From contig NZ_LN885086.1 in assembly GCF_001458695.1 (NCBI RefSeq), positions 1,260,001-1,292,000 on the forward strand: 32,000 bases of DNA, read 5' to 3'. Of the stretch, positions 27,385 to 32,000 are shown one piece after another (within the stretch, counting starts at the first letter, position 1; each line of letters begins with the position of its first letter). The notes under the pieces were generated by a model. That model was not told the DNA's origin, made no database searches, and saw only the letters and a program-made list of their open reading frames with translations. Position numbers and translations under genes: made by a program. Source of the stretch: Candidatus Nitrospira inopinata. GTDB lineage: Bacteria; Nitrospirota; Nitrospiria; Nitrospirales; Nitrospiraceae.

Positions 27385-28167
27385 ATGATGCCGCTCGTGC
27401 TGAAAATCGATGCCACTGAACAATTTCCTCGCCTTGCCCACGCGCCTATTGCCGAGGCGGTCATCGACATACGGGCCCGCGCGGAGGCGCCCTGGGAGGA
27501 GTCAGCGGTCCGACAATGTCTGGTTCCACTGCTTCCTGCCTATCCGCACATTGAATCGCAGCGGGAATTTGAGCACGCGCTGCAAGTCGGGCCGGGCCAG
27601 GAGACCGTTCAGATACACCGGGATTTAGGCTGGAAGGGGCTGCGATGTGAGTCAGCGGATCATGTCCACATCGCCCAATTCAACCGCGACGGGTTTGTCT
27701 TCAGCCGGCTTCGTCCCTATGATCATTGGGAGCAGTTTCACGGCGAAGCGATGCGGCTGTGGAAAGTGTATCGGGACCTCGCCCGGCCGTCGGCAATCCA
27801 GCGGCTCGGTCTTCGCTTTATCAATCGCATCGAACTGCCGCTCGATGGGCTTCGGCCGGATGACTATCTCCACATGCCTGCGGATGTGCTCAAGGGGCTA
27901 CCGCTTTCGCGGGCCGGTTTCTTCCACCGGGACGTGCTTGGCGTCCCCGGCTATCCCTACCTAGTTGCGATCGTTCGAACTGTCCAGCCGATACAGGTCT
28001 CGGGCGGTAAAGGATTTGGGTTGCTCCTCGATATTGACGTATTCTCGACCGAGCCATTCGATCTCCGTGATGATCTGCTGGCACAGCGTCTGGTTGAGAT
28101 GCGATGGTTGAAAAATAAAGCATTTTTCGGCAGTATTACGCAGCAAGCATTGGAGACTTTTCAATGA
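27385..28167 (+). CDS. Uncharacterised 260-aa protein, possibly TIGR04255-family-like
   Basis: Starts 14 nt after the hsdS stop. N-terminal HAPIAEAVIDIRA, central RLGLRFINRIELP and LLLDIDV resemble my recollection of the TIGR04255 conserved hypothetical family. No catalytic motif recognised. Confidence 0.6.
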   Translation: MMPLVLKIDATEQFPRLAHAPIAEAVIDIRARAEAPWEESAVRQCLVPLLPAYPHIESQREFEHALQVGPGQETVQIHRDLGWKGLRCESADHVHIAQFNRDGFVFSRLRPYDHWEQFHGEAMRLWKVYRDLARPSAIQRLGLRFINRIELPLDGLRPDDYLHMPADVLKGLPLSRAGFFHRDVLGVPGYPYLVAIVRTVQPIQVSGGKGFGLLLDIDVFSTEPFDLRDDLLAQRLVEMRWLKNKAFFGSITQQALETFQ

Positions 28168-28661
28168 CGCTTGCCACGCTCGATTCCCCACAACTTTCCT
28201 ATGGTGCGGCCCCCACTCGTGGTGCCGGTCCCGAAGCACGTTTTATCGCAAAGCAATCCGAGGAAGGTCGGCGCCGCTTGCGGGAGGCTCATTCCATTGG
28301 TCTCGGCGCTGAACGTGCCTTTGAAGAGCTGTTCGTGGTCGCAAGGGAATGCGAAACGCGGAATTGGGATGGGCATGGGGCCACCCGTGTTTCGGCGGAA
28401 GCGATTGCCCATGCTTGCCGACTCCTGAGTGCGCTGCCGCTTGGAATTCCTGCTCCTTCCGTTGGGGCTGAGCCTGATGGGCATGTAACTTTCGAGTGGC
28501 ATCGCAGTCCACGATGGACTCTTTCCGTAAGCATCAGTCCAGAAGGCGACCTTCATTATGCTGCGCTGCTCGGCTCAAGCAAGGTTTATGGAACCGAGCC
28601 GTTCTTTGGCGAGACTCCCTCGCGTATCCTTGAATTGATCCGCCAGGTCAGTCTTCTGTGA
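28164..28661 (+). CDS. Uncharacterised 165-aa protein
   Basis: ATGA overlap with the preceding gene. Contains NWDGHGA and PDGHVTFEWH segments. No family recognised. Confidence 0.6.
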   Translation: MTLATLDSPQLSYGAAPTRGAGPEARFIAKQSEEGRRRLREAHSIGLGAERAFEELFVVARECETRNWDGHGATRVSAEAIAHACRLLSALPLGIPAPSVGAEPDGHVTFEWHRSPRWTLSVSISPEGDLHYAALLGSSKVYGTEPFFGETPSRILELIRQVSLL

Positions 28662-29059
28662 ATGAAGATATCTCATGGCCTCCGGTCACGGATGATGAAG
28701 ATTTGGCGCGTTTTGTCCTTTTCCGAGGATGGATTCGAAGCAGTCATAGCACGGTCAAACCGGATGCGTTCATTCCCTATCCTTATCCGGACCTCTCTGT
28801 AACCCGCCATATCGGGCTATCGGTGGAAGAAGTTTGGCAGATCGGCCAGGCAGTCGCTGATCGCCGTCCTGCTACGCTATATGGACGAGCGGATATCCAG
28901 GCCGTACATATCAGGCGGCAAGCCCTTCGAATCGTTCCCACTCCCGAGCCGAGAAACCATGCGAATATCACGGACTGGCCCAAGGACAAGCCCGCGCAGA
29001 AAATCATTGCCCAGGAACTTGCTGCGGTTGCGCGTTATGTGCCCAACCCAAATCAATAA
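28658..29059 (+). CDS. Uncharacterised 133-aa protein
   Basis: GTG start overlapping the upstream stop (GTGA). Segments VKPDAFIPYPYPDLSVTRH and NHANITDWPKDKPAQKIIAQELA. No family recognised. Confidence 0.55.
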   Translation: MNEDISWPPVTDDEDLARFVLFRGWIRSSHSTVKPDAFIPYPYPDLSVTRHIGLSVEEVWQIGQAVADRRPATLYGRADIQAVHIRRQALRIVPTPEPRNHANITDWPKDKPAQKIIAQELAAVARYVPNPNQ

Positions 29060-29100
29060 CCAGGGCTGGGGGCAGCTCAGATGAAACCTCGGTGAAATGG

Positions 29101-29457
29101 AGTAATACGTGATGGGTTATTACTCTGTTTCAGCCGGTCATTACCCTATTCTTTCCTTGTGCTCAGCCAAGGTCTGGAATTGGGTATTACGCAATCAAAG
29201 GGGTAATGAAGTGGGTAATGGGAGAGGGGAAGAGCTAACCGGACTCCGAAAGAGTAGCTAACCGCACGGACCCGGCGCGGCTTGGCGTAAAAGGGTGATA
29301 GCGGAGGGTTGGTGTGATCATCACATCACAAAACGGCCACGTGATATGAATAGGCGAACCTGCCGCCTGCTGGCGACGGCCAAGCCCAGGAAAGAGGGTA
29401 ATAAGGGACCGGTTATTACCCTCTTTCGTGTTCCCATTACCCTCTTTCTGAGACCGG
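29101..29457. repeat. Non-coding spacer dense in GGGTAAT/ATTACCC repeat units in both orientations
   Basis: Nine GTAAT/ATTAC cores at about 29102, 29119, 29141, 29186, 29203, 29214, 29397, 29416 and 29436. Longer units (G)AAAGAGGGTAAT(A/G)(A/G)G occur at 29139-29155 (rc), 29197-29210, 29211-29227, 29390-29404, 29413-29427 (rc) and 29435-29448 (rc). AGCTAACCG is also repeated at 29233 and 29255. Confidence 0.8.
29390..29427. repeat. Perfect 15-bp inverted repeat with an 8-nt spacer
   Basis: GAAAGAGGGTAATAA gggaccgg TTATTACCCTCTTTC, 40 nt upstream of the ATG of the hsdR remnant. Candidate operator or intrinsic terminator stem. Confidence 0.85.
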
Positions 29458-29466
29458 TTGTTCAAT

Positions 29467-29703
29467 ATGCCCTCTCCTGGTGAGCACAAGACGGTCCTGG
29501 CCCGCATCCTGGCCTATGTCCAGGAGATCGGCTGGAGCAGCTATGCGTCTCGGGAGTGGGGAAATGCAGTGCGGATGCACAAGGCATCGCTCTTTTTCAA
29601 CGATCTGGATAGACCAACAGATGATCGCGCTTCGTGTCCAGGATCTCGATTCATCGTTCCTGACGGAGGGTACCGCAGTATGAGCGGATTGGTATCACCC
29701 TGA
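29467..29703 (+). pseudogene. Degenerate duplicate of the hsdR 5' end (truncated remnant)
   Basis: The first 70 nt are about 87% identical (61/70 by hand alignment) to the start of the intact hsdR at 30460. MPSPGEHKTVLARILAYVQEIGW compares with MPAPGEHKTVQARILAYAQEIGW. A later patch ASLFFNDL matches ASLFFGDL, then similarity decays and the frame ends at 29703. Confidence 0.7.
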
Positions 29704-29782
29704 CTTGAAACGAGGTAAGATCGACACGGAGTTTACAGAGTTTCCTTCGGGCATGGGGCCCGAATTGTGTCTGCACGGCTCT

Positions 29783-30280
29783 ATGGAACGAACCCTGCAA
29801 GTCCTCAATGACCTCGAGCAGGACGGCGTGCTGAGCCGGTATGCAATCGGCGGCGCGATGGGGGCGACCTTTTATGTCGAGCCGCTGCTGACCTTCGATC
29901 TAGACGTCATCGTACTGCTGCCGGAGATGGAGAGCGGGCTGCTGACGCTCGCTCCGCTCTATGGGGCGCTGCGCGCCAAAGGTTATGCGGAAGAAGCCGA
30001 ATGTGTGGTGGTCGAGGGCGTGCCGGTCCAGTTCCTGCCTGCCTACAACGCTCTCTTGGAAGAGGCCTTGCGAGAAGCGCACGAGACGCCGTATCAGGCG
30101 ACGTCCACGCGGGTTCTCCGAGTCGAACACCTTGTGGCGATCTGTCTGCAAACCGGACGAGCGAAGGATCGTGAGCGGGTGCGGATTCTACGAGAGCAGG
30201 CCACGCTCGATCATGAGTATCTCGCCGCAGTTCTCCGTCGGCATCAACTGGAAGGAAAATGGAAAGAATGGATCGCGTGA
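29783..30280 (+). CDS. Nucleotidyltransferase-fold protein (minimal NTase / AbiEii-like)
   Basis: YAIGGAMGATFYVEPLLTFDLDVIV fits the pol-beta NTase pattern hGG-x(~14)-DhDh. C-terminal LVAICLQTGRAKDRERVRIL is typical of small bacterial NTase-like proteins. Start uncertain: TTG 29705, ATG 29753 or ATG 29783. Confidence 0.6.
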   Translation: MERTLQVLNDLEQDGVLSRYAIGGAMGATFYVEPLLTFDLDVIVLLPEMESGLLTLAPLYGALRAKGYAEEAECVVVEGVPVQFLPAYNALLEEALREAHETPYQATSTRVLRVEHLVAICLQTGRAKDRERVRILREQATLDHEYLAAVLRRHQLEGKWKEWIA

Positions 30281-30456
30281 ATCCTGAGATCGAAAAGCTC
30301 TTCCGCGCCAAAAAGCTGCGTCGGGTTCGGCTTGCTGCCCTGCCGTTCCATGAGAAGGTGCGGGCCGTCGTCCAAATGCAGCAGATGGCTGCTCCGGTAT
30401 TGCGCGCCCGAGGCAAACAGGTGCGGGTCTGGGACCTCCCACCTTCTGATATGTGA
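30259..30456 (+). CDS. Small 65-aa hypothetical protein, partner of the NTase-fold gene
   Basis: Overlaps the NTase gene by 22 nt (13 nt if ATG 30268 is used) and ends 3 nt before the hsdR ATG. Basic and helical (LFRAKKLRRVRLAALPFHEKVRAVVQMQQ). No family recognised. Confidence 0.45.
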   Translation: MERMDRVNPEIEKLFRAKKLRRVRLAALPFHEKVRAVVQMQQMAAPVLRARGKQVRVWDLPPSDM

Positions 30457-30459
30457 ACG

Positions 30460-32000
30460 ATGCCCGCTCCCGGTGAGCACAAGACGGTCCAAGCCCGTAT
30501 TCTGGCTTACGCCCAGGAGATCGGCTGGACCTATGTGCCGCGGGAGGAAGCCGAGCGGCGGCGGGGATTCGATCCCGATGCGGCGACTCCCGAAGAACAG
30601 GCCCGCTACGCCTCCCTCTTCTTCGGCGATCTGCTCCATGCCAAGGTCCGCGAATTCAATCCCAAGTATAAAGAAGCCGAAGGGGCGCTGGTCGGCGAGT
30701 TGCAACGGCTCCATGCGGACATCTACGGCAACCGCGACTTTCTGAGCTACCTCCGTAACCAGCGGACTTTTTTCTCTCCAGACGACGACCGCGAACTGGA
30801 TCTCATCCTGATCGACTACGGTGATCTTGCTCGCCCGAAAAAGGATTGGCGCAATCGCTACGAAGTCACGGAAGAGTTCTGTGTCCACAACGGCCGGTTT
30901 GGGACGCGCGAGGACGTGGTCTTCCTCATCAACGGCATTCCGATGCTGGTCATCGAGTGCAAGAACGCGACAAAGGACGAAGCTATCGCGCTCGGCATCG
31001 ACCAGATTCGCCGCTACCATCTGGAGACGCCCGAAGTGATGGTGCCGGAGATGCTGTTCACGGCCACGGAAGCCATCGGCTTTTCCTACGGCGTCACCTG
31101 GAACACCGTCCGGCGGAACATCTTTCGCTGGAAGCATGAGGAGGCGGGCCGGCTCGAAGCGAAGGTGAAGAGCTTTTGTTCCGTGCCGATGGTGCTGCGA
31201 TTCCTCAAGGACTTCATTTTATTCGCGGAGAAGGAGGAAGAACTGCAGAAGTTCATCCTGGCGCAGCATCAGACTGCTGCCGTGGACCGCGTGGTGGATC
31301 GGGCGCTCGATGCCAAACGGACCCGCGGCCTTGTCTGGCACACGCAGGGGAGCGGCAAGACCTATACGATGATCAAGGCGGCCGAGTTGCTCTTCAAGGC
31401 GCCCAAGGCCGACAAGCCGACCATCCTCTTGATGATCGACCGGAACGAACTGGAAGATCAGCTCCTCAAGAATCTGGCGGCGGTCGGCTTGAGCAATGTG
31501 GCGCACGCCTACTCGATGGTCGAGCTGACGCGGCTCCTGAAGCAAGACTATCGAGGCCTGATCGTCACCATGATCCACAAGTTCCGCGACATGCCGGCCA
31601 ATCTCAATACGAGGTCGAATATCTTCGTCCTGATCGACGAAGCGCACCGGACGACCGGGGGCGATCTGGGGAACTATCTGATGGCCGGGCTCCCGAACGC
31701 GACGTTCATCGGGCTTACCGGCACGCCGATCGACAAGACCGCCTACGGCCGGGGAACCTTCAAGACCTTCGGTTGCGAGGACGACAAGGGTTATCTCCAC
31801 AAATACTCGATCGCCGAGAGTATCGAGGACGGGACGACGCTCCCGCTCTACTACAACCTGGCGCCGAACGAGATGCTGGTGCCGCACGAGCTGATGGAGC
31901 GGGAATTTCTGTCACTGGTTGAGACTGAGGGGATCGCCGACATCGAAGAGCTGAACAAGATTCTCGACCGCGCCGTGAATCTCAAGAACTTCCTCAAGGG
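30460..32000 (+). CDS. hsdR: Type I restriction enzyme, R subunit (3' end outside the window)
   Basis: Frame 1 is open from the ATG at 30460 to the window end, which is why it is missing from the closed-ORF track. PD-(D/E)xK nuclease (EDVVFLINGIPMLVIECK), helicase motif I HTQGSGKT, motif II LIDEAHR, motif III GLTGTP. Confidence 0.92.
   Translation, partial: MPAPGEHKTVQARILAYAQEIGWTYVPREEAERRRGFDPDAATPEEQARYASLFFGDLLHAKVREFNPKYKEAEGALVGELQRLHADIYGNRDFLSYLRNQRTFFSPDDDRELDLILIDYGDLARPKKDWRNRYEVTEEFCVHNGRFGTREDVVFLINGIPMLVIECKNATKDEAIALGIDQIRRYHLETPEVMVPEMLFTATEAIGFSYGVTWNTVRRNIFRWKHEEAGRLEAKVKSFCSVPMVLRFLKDFILFAEKEEELQKFILAQHQTAAVDRVVDRALDAKRTRGLVWHTQGSGKTYTMIKAAELLFKAPKADKPTILLMIDRNELEDQLLKNLAAVGLSNVAHAYSMVELTRLLKQDYRGLIVTMIHKFRDMPANLNTRSNIFVLIDEAHRTTGGDLGNYLMAGLPNATFIGLTGTPIDKTAYGRGTFKTFGCEDDKGYLHKYSIAESIEDGTTLPLYYNLAPNEMLVPHELMEREFLSLVETEGIADIEELNKILDRAVNLKNFLK

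Noticed and set aside
29101-29457. CRISPR array interpretation of the GGGTAAT repeats
   Set aside because: The units are short (about 15 nt), irregularly spaced, present in both orientations and imperfect. No cas genes lie nearby.
29235-29507. 90-aa minus-strand ORF and 62-aa plus-strand ORF (29295-29483) inside the repeat spacer
   Set aside because: They are built from the repeat units themselves, have no SD, and run antisense into the hsdR remnant. Most likely non-coding.
30244-31922. ORFs 30244-31137 (-), 31176-31922 (+) and 31219-31887 (-)
   Set aside because: All overlap the frame-1 hsdR reading frame, which carries unambiguous nuclease and helicase motifs. The real gene is missing from the track only because it has no stop codon inside the window.

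Overview
GC-rich (~60%) bacterial chromosome segment. The gene content suggests Nitrospirota, but that is only an impression and cannot be verified here. Layout by region follows.

(1) 1-3.1 kb, housekeeping genes on the + strand: trmI (5' partial), an SDR oxidoreductase, aroE, aroK and tRNA-Arg(TCG).

(2) 3.1-4.1 kb: a lower-GC stretch with almost no convincing coding sequence downstream of the tRNA. It contains one short hydrophobic ORF with a strong Shine-Dalgarno (SD).

(3) 4.1-6.7 kb: pal-like OmpA lipoprotein, a PilZ protein, a small acidic ORF, msrA and a membrane-anchored hypothetical.

(4) 6.7-15 kb, a phosphate-acquisition block: OprO/P-type porin, two divergent pstS paralogues (one followed by an unknown lipoprotein), pstC, pstA, pstB and phoU. 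Similar 11-bp-phased TTAAC/GTAAC repeats (candidate Pho boxes) lie in the control regions.

(5) 15-18.2 kb: ftsK-lolA.

(6) 18.4-24.4 kb: a 2OG-Fe(II) oxygenase-like gene, then a minus-strand cluster of ubiE/menG, a 700-aa protein (2x USP, 3x PCP_red-like, rubredoxin knuckle), a radical SAM/SPASM enzyme with a C-terminal PCP_red-like domain, and a CopD-like membrane protein.

(7) 24.6-32 kb, an accessory island built on a type I restriction-modification locus. hsdM and hsdS are followed without real gaps by three uncharacterised genes (260, 165 and 133 aa). Next comes a 400-bp spacer full of GGGTAAT-type repeats, including a perfect 15-bp inverted repeat. Then a degenerate duplicate of the hsdR 5' end, a nucleotidyltransferase-fold gene plus a 65-aa overlapping ORF, and only then the intact hsdR, which runs off the window.

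The best candidates for an undescribed system are the two cargo modules inside the R-M locus, especially the three-gene cassette at 27385-29059. All functional calls come from motif recognition by eye; no database search was possible.
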